In this document: in pieces, positions 51,436 through 64,000 of the stretch
Numbering within the stretch: position 1 is the stretch's first letter
How the letters are laid out: each line of letters starts with the position of its first letter
Source of the DNA: Octopus sinensis
Taxonomy: Eukaryota
NCBI RefSeq assembly: GCF_006345805.1
Contig: NC_043024.1
Coordinates: 15,376,001 to 15,440,000 of the forward strand
Length of the DNA: 64,000 bases
Direction: 5' to 3'
Notes under the pieces: model-generated
The model's database searches: none
What the model was told of the DNA's origin: nothing
Seen by the model: the letters and a program-made list of their open reading frames with translations, nothing else
Translations under genes and position numbers: made by a program

Positions 51436-53823
51436 TAGAACTTAGCTTTTCTACTAGTAATGTTTTAACTTTCCTCTATATCTAATTATACTAGTAGTCT
51501 TTTACAATTTTGAAACATGTAACTTATAAATTTATAATTTTATAATTTTGTAGCTACACATATATATAAATATATATGTTCTGTATTAATTGTTTTTTGT
51601 TTTTGGTTTTTTGTCCTGGTTTATAAGGGAAATACACTGTGGCAGGAAAGAATATATACATTTTGGTATATACACAGAAATAGGATACTCTTGCAGATTT
51701 CCAAAATTGCAGAGTGTGTATAAGTATCATAGTTAGAGAACCTGGTTTTAGATACTGTAATACTAATATGTAATAAATGAGAGTCTATATTGAATATTGT
51801 TTGTTTTGGATGAGTATATGGGTTTTTGCAGGTATTTATTTGGCAGTCTTATATATTGTATATTTAGTGTATCTTTGTACTCATCTTAATTTGTATCTTA
51901 TGTTATTTATTAATAAATCTATTCATTTACTTACATTTGGCTTTATACATATTAGCAGTCTTATATATTTAGTCTATATTTGTACTCATCTTGATTTGTA
52001 CTTTATGTTATTTATCTATTTATTTATTCATTTATCTATAGGTAAATATTTACATAATAGTAGCCTGTATACTAAGTTTATATATGTACTCTTTTCAATG
52101 TATATTTTCATTTTATTTTATGTTATTTATCTATCTATCTATACATTTATGCATATGTAGATATATACATATTTGCAGTACTATATATTAGGTGTACCTT
52201 TGTATTTATCTTAATTTGTTTTCTATGGTATTTATCTATTTATTTATTCATTTATTTATTTATATGTAGATATATACATACATATCCATTATTTATTATA
52301 ATAATATATATATATGTATACAAGCTTTTACTTATATTTTCATTTTAATTTTAATTATTTCATCTTATTTTATCTTATTACATTTTAATTTGAAGTAATT
52401 ACAATTATTAACTTATAATTAATTTAATTTTTGTTATTTACTTATATACTATTTATTGGTAAGTCCTCCACTGATATTATTTAATGCTAAATCCTGTTAA
52501 TTATTATATATGTATTTATGTGTCCACTGTTGCTTAAAAATATATATATATATAAGTACTACGAATGTTTACACGCACATCATATGTGAAAATATAAGGT
52601 GTGTATGTGTATATCTGTTGTTACACATGAGTATACATATGGACATGTAGATGTGAGTGTAATTCTATTAGTTCGTTGGTGAGGGTTTAAATAGAAAAAT
52701 ATTAGTATTGTAATAACATTGGATTTATTATGTGGGGATGATATCTCTTTATGCTATAAGGAGTTATTTTGATTATATATCTTAGAATATTAGCATATTT
52801 TGACTTCTTACAATTAATCTCTTATAATTCAATTATTACAAACCGTTGTTAACTTAGTATATATATATTTTTATGTCTCTTGATAGTCAAACAGAAATGA
52901 GTATTCTATACTTTATAATTTAGCGATTGTTTGAATAAAGCATAGAGGTTAAGTTTGTGGACTTTTTATTTATAAAATACTATGTTTACGAAAAGTACGG
53001 TGTCATATGAATTATGTACCTTATAAAAAATTACATTCTCTATCTGGATATAATTATATGTATGTTTGCATTTACTGTTTTATGGAAATATGTGAGTGGA
53101 TCTACTTAGTTAATACCACAACCATTGTGTCGTTTGGGGTGGCTTGATGTCTGCATGCATGTATGTGCAATCGGTTGGGTTCCTCTGTTTTGCATGTGTA
53201 TAGTTGCGATTCTACCTCTTATATTATTTATTTATTTATTTATGATTTGGCTGTGTATGTGGCTATGTATGTGTGTATGTGTGTGTGTCTATACATATAA
53301 CTATGTATGTATGTGCGCACGATCTGTGGATGTGCGTGTGTGTATGTGTGTTTCTTGGCTAACTAACCGTAAAATTTCCATTGTGATTCAAATTTAAAAC
53401 TATAAGCCAATCGAATCTATCTATGAAAATCAATACCAAGCGAACGGATGAATTCGACTTATTGAGTATATATGTGGATGTCTGCTTGCTTTACATGGTA
53501 CAATCATGGTTGTTATTATTATTATTATTATTAATATTAATATTAATTTTATTGACTTTTTGTGTGGTTATACATTTTAATAGACTGGACTGTTAAATTA
53601 AATATATATGCCTGCTTTAAATTTAAATGTGAGTGTACATGTATTTCCTTGATGTTGGATATAGAACTATGAGTTCAACATGGAACATTATTGTGTTTGT
53701 TAATGTATATTGATATATATTGTTTATATTGTATTATTGTGTATATATATATGTGTAGAATTATGAGTGTCTATGCACACATTTTTATATTTATATGTAA
53801 ATTTTTTTCATATTACATTAAAT

Positions 53824-53934
53824 TCTCTGAAGAGGCCGTGAGACATTCTTGTTAATGTCTCATTTATACCTACTTTATATGGCTAATAGGTTAAATGGGA
53901 CATACCTGTCTTCACAGCCGAAACAACTGTCAGC
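53824..53934 (+). ncRNA. Type I hammerhead with long stem II, partly degenerate
   Basis: CUGAAGA-GGC.GUGAGACA...UGUC.UCAC.GCC-GAAAC-AACU-GUC|AG; core intact, stem I only 2 bp. Confidence 0.55.
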
Positions 53935-54290
53935 TACAATGTAATCGTATTTTCTATTTCTATTTCTATGTCTAGTTATATTTGTAATATATTATGTATA
54001 ATGTCATTGCTGTTGTGTAATGGTTTAATAAAGTATTGAGTGGGTATTATCTGATGGTTCATAATTGATTTAGGTATGTTTCTCCATTTTCTCATTTTGT
54101 ATTATTAATTTACGGTAATAATTTTACTCTTGCCCACATAATACAGAAGATGAATTAATTGCATCGCAATTTTTAACATTTATGTATTAGTTTTGTTGGG
54201 TACCTCTCTAGCAGTATATTGGATATATGTTATCCCATGGAGGGTTGAATTTACAACCCCTATCTCATTTTATATATATATATATAATAT

Positions 54291-54333
<43 letters not shown>

Positions 54334-54417
54334 TATATATATTATATATATATATATATATGTATATATATAAGAGAGCAAAGAGTATGTATGCTATATA
54401 TATATATATATATATAT

Positions 54418-54800
54418 AGCTTGCTAACCAACCACGTGCTTCCGGGTTCAGTCCCACTGCGTGGCATCTTGGGCAAGTGTCTTCTGCTATTGTCTCGGGA
54501 CGACAAATGCCTTGTGAGTGGATTTGGTAGACGGAAACTGAAAGAAGACTGTCGTATATATGTATATATATGTGTATGTGTGTGTCTGTTTGTTTGTGTT
54601 TCTGTGTTTGTCCCCCTAGCATTGCTTGACAACCGATGCTGGTGTGTTTATTTCCCCATCACTTAGCGGTTCGGCAAAAGAGACCGATAGAATAAGTACT
54701 GGACTTACAAAGAATAAGTCCCAGGGTCGATTTGCTCAACTAAAGGTGGTGCTCCAGTATGGCCACAGTCAAATGACTGAAACAAGTAAAAGAGAAAAAG
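54418..54800 (+). mobile_element. SINE family A
   Basis: Matches the family. Confidence 0.85.
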
Positions 54801-54804
54801 AGAG

Positions 54805-55410
54805 AATACAAAATGGGACAAGAACGCAAAGCATCCGGACAGTTAGGGGATGCAAAAAAGGACAACAAAACATCCAGATAGATGATACAAACAAAACAAG
54901 GAAGGGTGATTGGAAGCCTTCTATCCTCAGTCAAGAACCAGATTATCATCACAATTTCAGACCGCCGTCCATGCAACATCGATATTCTTCTCTGTGTTTG
55001 TGAAAATTTTGTATCTCTGCCGTAAGGCTTCATTTCCACATGCGCCAGCTTCATTCATTCCATCCTTAGTCGAAAGACACTTGTTGTTATGTCCTGTTAT
55101 TATCTTTATTGCATTTGTATTTGTGTAACATTTCTCCGTTTTCTCCTTCCTTGTTTTTGTATACATTCGCTGCTTTCTTCCAAGGAATCTAATGGTCTTA
55201 GCTTAGTTTTTCCTTGGCTCTGGCCAGATTGGAGCAATCTCAAGAATAATCAGCCGAAATTGGGATGATAATCAGATGCTTGACTGTGGATAGAGGGCTT
55301 CTAATGACCCATCCTTGTTTTCTTTGTATCGTCTCTCTGGATGTTTTGTTGTCCCTTTTTGTATCACCTAGCTGTCCGGATGTTTTGTGTTCTTGTCCCA
55401 TTTTGTATTT
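54805..55410. repeat. Unclassified repeat with about 125-bp terminal inverted segments (partial homolog at 17336-17860)
   Basis: 54805-54925 is the imperfect reverse complement of about 55282-55408. Confidence 0.6.
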
Positions 55411-56775
55411 TATATATATATATACATACGTACATATATATGTATACATACATACATACATACATATATATATAGGGTTTAGTGAAATGTTTTTGAATAA
55501 CAAAGCTAATTTAAGAAATGGAGTTAAATGCAAGCAACTGTCCAACTGTTGGATGGTATGATGTATTTTCACATGGTGGTGCTGTATGTTATGATACATG
55601 ACCCGAATTTTCGTCTCCAAAGCCACTTTGTCCAATGTCACTTCATCCACTTATTTTGGTCCATTATCTTTTTGTTTAATGATTTTTTTGTCCAACGACT
55701 TTTTGTCCAATTTTAAATAAAATCTTTAGAAAACAAAGTGAACAACAAAATCAAATAATCATTGGAAATTTTATTTATAGGATTTGTATTTGGACAAAAA
55801 CATCATCGGACAAAAAGACGTCAGACGAAAAGATATGGACGAAAAGACACTGGACAAAGTGACGTCGGACAAAAAGATATAGCACCATTATGATATTGGT
55901 CCCAGACACCATGATGTTTACACGGGAGACACTGGCCCCTCTCTGATTGATTGTTAATTTTCAGGCTGAGGCAGTGGATCAATACATGTCAACAGTTATA
56001 CATATATATAAATGAAATAATTGAGATTCAGTTGAATTGGGTACTTAAGTTGAATCCCTAAGTCAGACCAGCCAAAAGTAAGGTGATAATATTTATGACT
56101 ACACCTAGCCACTAGCTGTCAATTCACTCTTGTCCTTTATTCAAAATGGACACATTCTTCAAGTCAGATTTAGAAGTTGATAAAGAGATAAATGAATTAG
56201 AAATGAATTACAACCCTTCCAACATTATGACCTCATTATGCTCCGTGCAATTCCTAGAAGTTGTAATCTATTCTTAGCTACAATAGTGACAACATGAATT
56301 TCTTCCATCTTCTTACTCTGTTAAAATATTCACGAAAAATTATATTAATGTGCCCTACATGTTAAAATTCCATTCATTTATTTGTACAGCTGAAGATGGC
56401 ATTACATTAAAATTGATGCACTGATTGCTTTGTTAAATTAAATGGAGCTGCTTGAAACAGTCGTACTGCATCACTTGATATCCTGTTGCATATTTTGATT
56501 ATATGTGTGTGTGTGTGTATCTTTTATCTTTTACTTGCTTCAGACATTAGACTGTGGCCATACTGGGGCAGGGCCTTGAAGGGTTGTAGTCAAACAAATC
56601 GACCCCAGTACTTAGTTTTTCCCAAGCCTGGTACCTATTCTGTCAAACTCTATTGTTGAACTACTAAGTTATGGAGATATAAACACACCAACATCGGTTT
56701 TCAAGCAGTGGCAGGGAACAAAGACAGGTATAATGATGCACACACACACACACACAACACACACACACACACACA

Positions 56776-56810
<35 letters not shown>

Positions 56811-56952
56811 CTTACCTTGATGTTAGCAAAGCCATGGAACACATTGTGAGAAGGAAGATGATCACATTCTTTGAAGAAAATATCTTGCTCACTAACATGC
56901 AGCATGGCTACCCTTTAATAAGGAGCTCCCTTACATAGTTAATCGCATATTT

Positions 56953-57178
56953 GAACTGGCAGAAACGTTAGCACGCCGGGCGAAATGCGTAGCCGTATTT
57001 CGTCTGCCGTTACGTTCAGGGTTCAAATTCCGCCGAGGTCAACTTTGCCTTTCATCCTTTCGCGGTCGATAAATTAAGTACCAGTTACGCACTGGAGTCG
57101 ATGTAATCGACTTAATCCATCTGTCTGTCCTTGTTTGTCCACTCTGTGTTTAGCCCCTTGTGGGTAGTAAAGAAATAT
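56953..57178 (+). mobile_element. SINE family B, present only in copy B
   Basis: Empty site CGCATATTAAAAATG at about 20820 in copy A. Confidence 0.85.
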
Positions 57179-58313
57179 ATTAAAAATGAATAATTAATCA
57201 ACAGCTCAACTGTTCAAATATCGATGTGATGTATCTCAACTTTGCCAAGGCCCTGACAAATGTCAATCATGGAATGATATGGTCACAAATTGTATGACCC
57301 TTGTATCACAGGGAAACTAGGGACATGGCTGCATTACAGAAAGTCATTGCAAAAGGATCCCTAGCCAGGGAACTGTATGGGGATCACTGCTGTTCAAAGA
57401 GGCTCTCCCACCCGTGCTCTCAGTCAGACAGTCTCACCAGCTCTGCTGATGATATCTGAGTATTACAAAGTCTCAAGGACTACAGAATGATAGGAACGTA
57501 ATATACAAATGGTCTGAAGAAAGCAACATAAAGTCTAATGCTGATAAATTGCAAGCATTTTGATATCACCCTACAGATTCCACTTGGAATGCACAGGAGC
57601 AGGGAGTATTGCAATCCCAAACTTAGAGTCAGTGCTTGACTTGGGAATCCACTTGAGTGGCAATGTGTCTTTCTGTGGGAATATTACTAAGGCACATATA
57701 CTTACACACATATACAGAAGTTACCATACACACACACACACACACACACTCACTTGCTCTCCCTTCAGACATTGCAGTTGGGCTGTTATGATGAAACATT
57801 CTCTAAAGTGCATCAAAAACAACAGAACACTATTTTTATTAAATTCTTTATTAAAGTTCAGATCACACAAAAATCAACATTTTACTCAAATTTTATGGTT
57901 ACATGGCAGTTTAGAACAACATTATCTTACCATTAATAACAAACTTATAATACTGAAAATAGGTTCCAGAGAGGAATATTGCTAACAAAATATGTTAGTA
58001 CTAATTAAATCCATTTGTTACCAGATTTCTTTTAAGATACAAAAATTATGAAGAATTTAGTCAAAATAACTTTGTCGTTATGAAACTGGCATTTCAAACA
58101 TACATTAACGCAAATATTTCATGGAAGATTTTAATTGAAATCACTTTAAAACAGGCAGCTTTTATCATATAATCAGGGTTTACTCTCAGGTGGGTTAGTA
58201 TTAAAAGGGTTAGTAGGATTTCATTAATATCTCTTATTAATTGTCATTGAAGGGCTGAAAGTTAAACATTCAGCTTCCAGCTCTGGCCTATCACATTGTG
58301 CCATATATACATA

Positions 58314-59324
58314 CTAAGGTCTCAAATTTTCCATTTTATGTATATGTTCCCTACAGACATGAGATGCGTCAGAATTTTTATATTCTCCTTTTGTAATCCA
58401 CAGATCATCAGTGGGAGGTCTACTAGCCAATCTAGAACCCCCAATCCATGGAGAGTATTCACGTTCTGGTAGAGCAATGATATTAACTTCTGTGTTAGGT
58501 GGTGCCAAGGCACTGATTTCCTTTTTCATACGCTCAACAAAACCTGGAAACATTGTTGAACCACCAGACAACACAATGTTGGCAAACAGATCTCTCCTAA
58601 TTTCCACATCACATTTCATGATTGAGTTATAAGTTATTTTATGAACACCATCAGAAGGGTTGAAAATAGCTTCTGGGACTCGAAATCGTTCATTGCCAAT
58701 AGTAATGATTTGTCCATCAGATTGTTCATGACTCTTTTCCAAATCTTTAGAAGACTTTGCTGCCTGCATTTCTTGTTCAAAGTCTAGAGCAACATAGCAG
58801 AGCTTCTCTTTGATGACATTTAACGTTCTTTTCTCTGACATTGAGTCACCATACATGTAGCCACGTTCAGTCAAGATATTTTTAAGGTTATCTCTCAAGG
58901 CAAGACCAGTAATATTCTGATGCTGGCAGAAAGTAGCTCCTTTTATAGTTGAAGCTCCATAAATAGGGACAACTTGGGTGATACCATGGCCTACATTCAC
59001 AGAAATACCTGTGACACGGCCAGAATCAAAGAGGGACAAAGCAGCTTGATTAGCCACCATTACTGCACGAACTTGAAACTTTTCAAACATAATTTCAACC
59101 ATATTCGCTCTGTTTGTTTCAGAGTTACTGACAGGCTCAGTCAACAAGACAGCATAGTCTTCGGCTGCAACGTTCAACTCGTCGAATGTATGTTGCCAGA
59201 TCCTCTCCATATTACCCCAGTCAGTAATAAGACCATGTTTAATGGGATTCTGCAAATTAAGGACAGTTTTATACTTTTCAGCTTTCCCTCCAACAAAGAA
59301 TTCGGGGTTTGGTCCAGAATTTTT
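58314..59324 (-). CDS. Divergent actin-like gene 2B, exon 2 (exon 1 expected beyond the window)
   Basis: Acceptor TTGCAG|AAA; intact 336-codon frame; 19 nucleotide differences from 2A counted by eye. Confidence 0.85.
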   Translation of the reverse strand, partial: KNSGPNPEFFVGGKAEKYKTVLNLQNPIKHGLITDWGNMERIWQHTFDELNVAAEDYAVLLTEPVSNSETNRANMVEIMFEKFQVRAVMVANQAALSLFDSGRVTGISVNVGHGITQVVPIYGASTIKGATFCQHQNITGLALRDNLKNILTERGYMYGDSMSEKRTLNVIKEKLCYVALDFEQEMQAAKSSKDLEKSHEQSDGQIITIGNERFRVPEAIFNPSDGVHKITYNSIMKCDVEIRRDLFANIVLSGGSTMFPGFVERMKKEISALAPPNTEVNIIALPEREYSPWIGGSRLASRPPTDDLWITKGEYKNSDASHVCREHIHKMENLRP

Positions 59325-61052
59325 CTGCAATATAATAAATGACAATAAGAATTCTAGAAACTTAAGTCAATAAAATTTTTTACAAGATAGAAATAATAGA
59401 AAGAATTACACAAACAATGAAATTTTCATAATCAATCCTATAATATCCTATAATTAATCCTATAATCTCTATATATATAAAACTGAGAATGTGTGTGTGT
59501 CTGTCTGTCTGTCTGTCCGTCCGTCTGTCTGTGTGTTTCCCTAAAACTTGAGAACTACACAACCAATTTCATTCAAATTTTACACATGCCTTACTTAGGG
59601 TCCGGGGAGTGTCATTGCAAGAGACGAGCCTACAATTCCAGTCTGTCATATATTTTGAGTATTGTTATCACTAGTGATATCAAGATATAACTTTGTATTT
59701 TGTATTTTATGTGTAGATGTATATATATAGAAGTACATGTAATATGTACACATATATATACACATATATACATGCACTAGAACTATGACCCGGCAACGAC
59801 GGGTCATAATGCTAGTATGCTATAATTAATCTTATAATATCCTACAATTAATCGCATCATATCCTATAATTAATCCTATAATATCCTATAATTGATCCTA
59901 TAATATCCTATAATCAATCCTATAATATCCTATAATTAATCCTATAATATCCTATAATTAATCTTATAATATCCTATAATTAATCCTTTAATATCCTGTA
60001 ATTAATCCTTTAATATCCTATAATCGTATCTATAAAAGGGTGGATGTGGGTGCGTGTGTGTGTGTACGTGATAGTAATTTATGTACGTCCACAAATTAGC
60101 ACACATGTAGCTCAAATTTTAGGACATTTGTCAACACCCTATCTGGGTTTTGTCAACTTATTTATTTCTCTGAGGGATCCGTGGGTAGCGTAAATATCTA
60201 ATTTCAGACATAGCTTTAAGCCACAAAAAATATCGAACTTCGCTTTTTTGCCAGCGTCTAACAAAAAAATAAGATAAAGAAAAGTGGAAGAAGGAGGCAG
60301 AGAGTTTCATGGGAAAGACAAGGTGAGAGAGGGAGAGAGAGAGTAAGTGACCACATTCATAAAAAATGGAATATAAAATGTTTTGTTTTTTATTTTTGAA
60401 ATGCACACTATATTTTATAATCATCGTATATATACTTTCTTACACAACAATTACAATATATTTATTTTAAATCATTTATTTATTTTAAATCGTTCATCTT
60501 TCTCCCCTCTCTCTCTCACACACATTAGTTTGGGTGCGAAAGAGTTTTGTTTTTATTTTATGCCAAGAAAACAAGTGTTTTGTTGACAATCCATATATTT
60601 AACAACAAAGAAACAAAGAGGTGAGTAACAATTTGTCAGTGAATTACTCAATATAAATGGGTACAATTTGCCAGGCTTCCACCACAACCCACTCTGTTTC
60701 ACAGACCACAAAAAGGGTTTTGAGGCCAGAGTAGTTGATTCCACGCAAAAAAAATTTATTCAATAATTTTTCCATTCATTTCTGTTTATCAACATGTATG
60801 GGTGCAAAAAACATGCAATTGATCTACATACGTATGTGTGTGTATGTGTAGTCATGTCTGTTGCCCATATATATTTATATTATATTATATATATATATAT
60901 TCAATATATATATAACATATATATCTTGTAACTAATTTCAACGGATTTCGCCCAAATTGACGTCTATATTACATAGTTTCATTTGAAAAAAAGAACTTCA
61001 TTAGCTTAATAATCATGCATTAATCAAGGGCAAGGCCAGGTTATACTGCTAC

Positions 61053-64000
61053 TCAATACTATGATATATCCTATAATCAATCATGTAATATCCTATAATC
61101 AATCTTATAAAATCCTATAATTAATCCTATAATGTCCTATAATTAATCCTATAAACAATCCTATAATATCCTATAATTAATCCTATAATATCCTATAATT
61201 GATCCTATATGATTGTATAGTCAATCCTATAATACACTATAATCAACCCTATAATAGCCTATAATTAATCCTATACTATCCTATAATCGATCCTATAATA
61301 ACTTTTAATCAATCCTATAATATCCTATGATTAATCCTATAACATCCTTTAAGAGATCCTATAATATCCTATAACACCCTGTAATCAATCCTATAATATC
61401 CTCTAATATCCTATAATTAATCCTATAACATCCTATAATAAATCCTATAATATTCTATAATCAAACCTATAATATCTTATAATTAATCCTATAATATCCT
61501 ATAATTAATCTTATATAATTCTATAATTACTCCTATAATATCCTATAATCAATCTTATCAAATCCTATAATTAATCCTATAAAATTCTACAATTAATCCT
61601 ATAATATCCTATAATGAATCCTAAAATATCCTATAATTAATTCTGTAATACCCTGTAATCAATCCTACAATATCCTATAATTAATCCTATAATATCCTAT
61701 ATTAATCTTATAATATCCTATAATCAATCCTATAATTTATTCTATAATACCCTGTAATCAATCCAACAAAATCCTATAGTTAATCCTATCATATCCTATA
61801 ATTAATGCTATTATAACCTAAAATTAATCTATAATATCCCATTATTAAGTAATCCTAAAAGACACTGTACTCAATCCTATAATATCCTATAATTAATTCT
61901 ATGATATCCTATAATTAATCATATTATATCCTATAATTAATCCTATAAAATCCTATAATTATTCCTGTAATATCCTATAAATAATCTTATAATATCCTAT
62001 AATTAATCCAATAATAAATTCGATAATATCCTATAATTAATCCTATAACATCCTATAATTAATCTTATAATATCCAATGATTAATCCTGTAATATTCTTT
62101 AATTAATCTTAAAATATCCTATAATTAATCTTATAGTATCCTATAATTAATCCTATAATATCCTATAATTAATCCTATAATATCATATAATTATTCCTAT
62201 AATATCATATAATTAATCTTATAATGTCCTATAATTAATCCAATAATATCCTACAATTAATCTTATAATATCCTATAATTAATCCTATAATATCCGATAA
62301 TTAATCTTATAATATCCTATTATTAATCATATAATATCGTGTAATTAATCTTATAATATCCTAAAATTAATCCAATAATATCTTAAATTAATCTAATAAT
62401 ATCCTATAATTAATGCTATAATTAATCCTATAATATACTGTAATTAATCCTACAATATCCTATAATTAATCCTATAATTAATCATATAATACCCTGTAAT
62501 CAATCCTACAATATCCTATAATTAATCATATAATATCCTATAATAACCTATAATCAATACCATAATATCCTATAATTAATCCTATAATACCCTGTAATAA
62601 CTCCTACAATATCCTATAATTAATCCTATGATATCCTAAAATTAATCTATAATAACCCTACAATTAATCTTATAATATCCTATAAGTAAATCTATAATAT
62701 CCTATAATAAATCCTATAATATCCTATAATAAATCCTATAATATCCTATAATTAATCTTATAATATCATATAATTAATCTTATAATATCCTATAATTCAT
62801 CCTATAATATCCTTTTATTAATCATGTAATATCCTATAATTAATCCTATAATATCCCACAATTAATTTTATAATATCCTATAATTAATCCTATAAATAAT
62901 CCTATAATATCCTCTAATTAATCTTATAATATCCTATAATTCATCCAATGATATCCTATAATTAATCTTATAATATCCTATAATTTATCTTAAAATACCC
63001 TACAATTAATCCTATAATATCCTATAATTATTCCTATTGTATACTATAATTATTCCTATAGTATCCTTTAATTAATCTTATAATATCCTATAATATCCTA
63101 TAATTAATCTTATAATATCCTATAATTAATCCTTTAATATCCTATAATTAATCTTATAATATCCTATAATTAATCCTTTAACATCCTATAATTAATCTTA
63201 TAACATCCAATAATTAATCCTATGATATCCTATAGTTATTCTTATAATATCCTATAATTAATCCTATAATAACCAATAATTGATCTTATAATATCATATA
63301 GTTAATCTTATAATATCCCATGATTAATCCTATAATATCCTATAATTAATCCTATAATATCCTATAATTATTCCTATAATATCATATAATTAATCTTATA
63401 ATATCCTATAATTAATCCAATAATATCCTACAATTAATCTTATAATATCCTATAGTTAATCCTATAATTAATCCTATAATATCCTATAATTAATCTTATA
63501 ATAACCTATAATCAATACCACAATATCCTATAATTAATCCTATAATACCCTGTAATCAATCCTACAATATCCTATAATTAATCCTATGATATCCTAAAAT
63601 TAATCTATAATATCCCATTATTAAATAATCCTAAAAGACCCTGTTATCAATCCTATAATATCCTATAATTAATCCTATAATATCCTATAATTAATCCTAT
63701 ATATCCTATAATTAATCCTATAAAATCCTATAATTATTCCTATAATATCCAATAAATAATCTTAAAATATCCTATAATTAAGTTTATAATATCCTATAAT
63801 AAATCCTCTAATATCCTATAATTAATCTTATAATATCCTATAATTAATCCTATAATATCCTATAATTAATCTTATAATATCCTATAATTAATCCAATAAT
63901 ATCCTACAATTAATCTTATAATATCCTATAATTAATCCTATAATATCCTATAATTAATCCTATAATATCCTATAATTAATCCTATAATATCCTATAATTA
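61053..64000. repeat. 22-bp satellite, copy B
   Basis: Same unit, and the same rare variants in register with 24662-27757. Confidence 0.95.

Larger units (their letters stand above)
54855..64000 (+). repeat. Segmental duplication, copy B (runs off the window)
   Basis: Collinear with 17336-27757. Confidence 0.95.

Overview
AT-rich, microsatellite- and transposon-dense animal DNA, most likely an octopus or other coleoid cephalopod. That assignment comes from recalled SINE families and the repeat landscape and was not checked by search. The only host genes I can support are a cluster of highly divergent two-exon actin-like paralogs. Gene 1 is on + (6889-7011 joined to 10546-11532). Gene 2A is on - (28907-28794 joined to 22947-21937). 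Gene 2B is a recent duplicate of 2A, with exon 2 at 59324-58314 and exon 1 outside the window. There is also a disrupted pseudogene (49195-50014). All use the conserved actin intron position 41/42, but their nucleotide-binding loop is rewired; genes 2A/2B also lack the hydrophobic plug. About 10 kb around gene 2 (17.3-27.8 kb) is duplicated at 54.9-64 kb, including a 3-kb 22-bp intronic satellite into which Helitrons have inserted. The rest is Penelope-like elements (PLEs), RTE/CR1/R4-type LINE remnants, tRNA-derived SINEs, non-autonomous Helitrons, a Tc1/mariner relic and a hAT MITE. The most unusual non-coding signal is a set of hammerhead ribozyme (HHR) motifs from several families. These include an intact one in a 432-bp intron-containing retrozyme-like unit (17922-18509), a G3-C8 covariant core variant, and a fold-back whose boundary matches a predicted HHR cleavage site. 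All alignments, counts and folds were done by eye, so boundaries of degenerate repeats are approximate.
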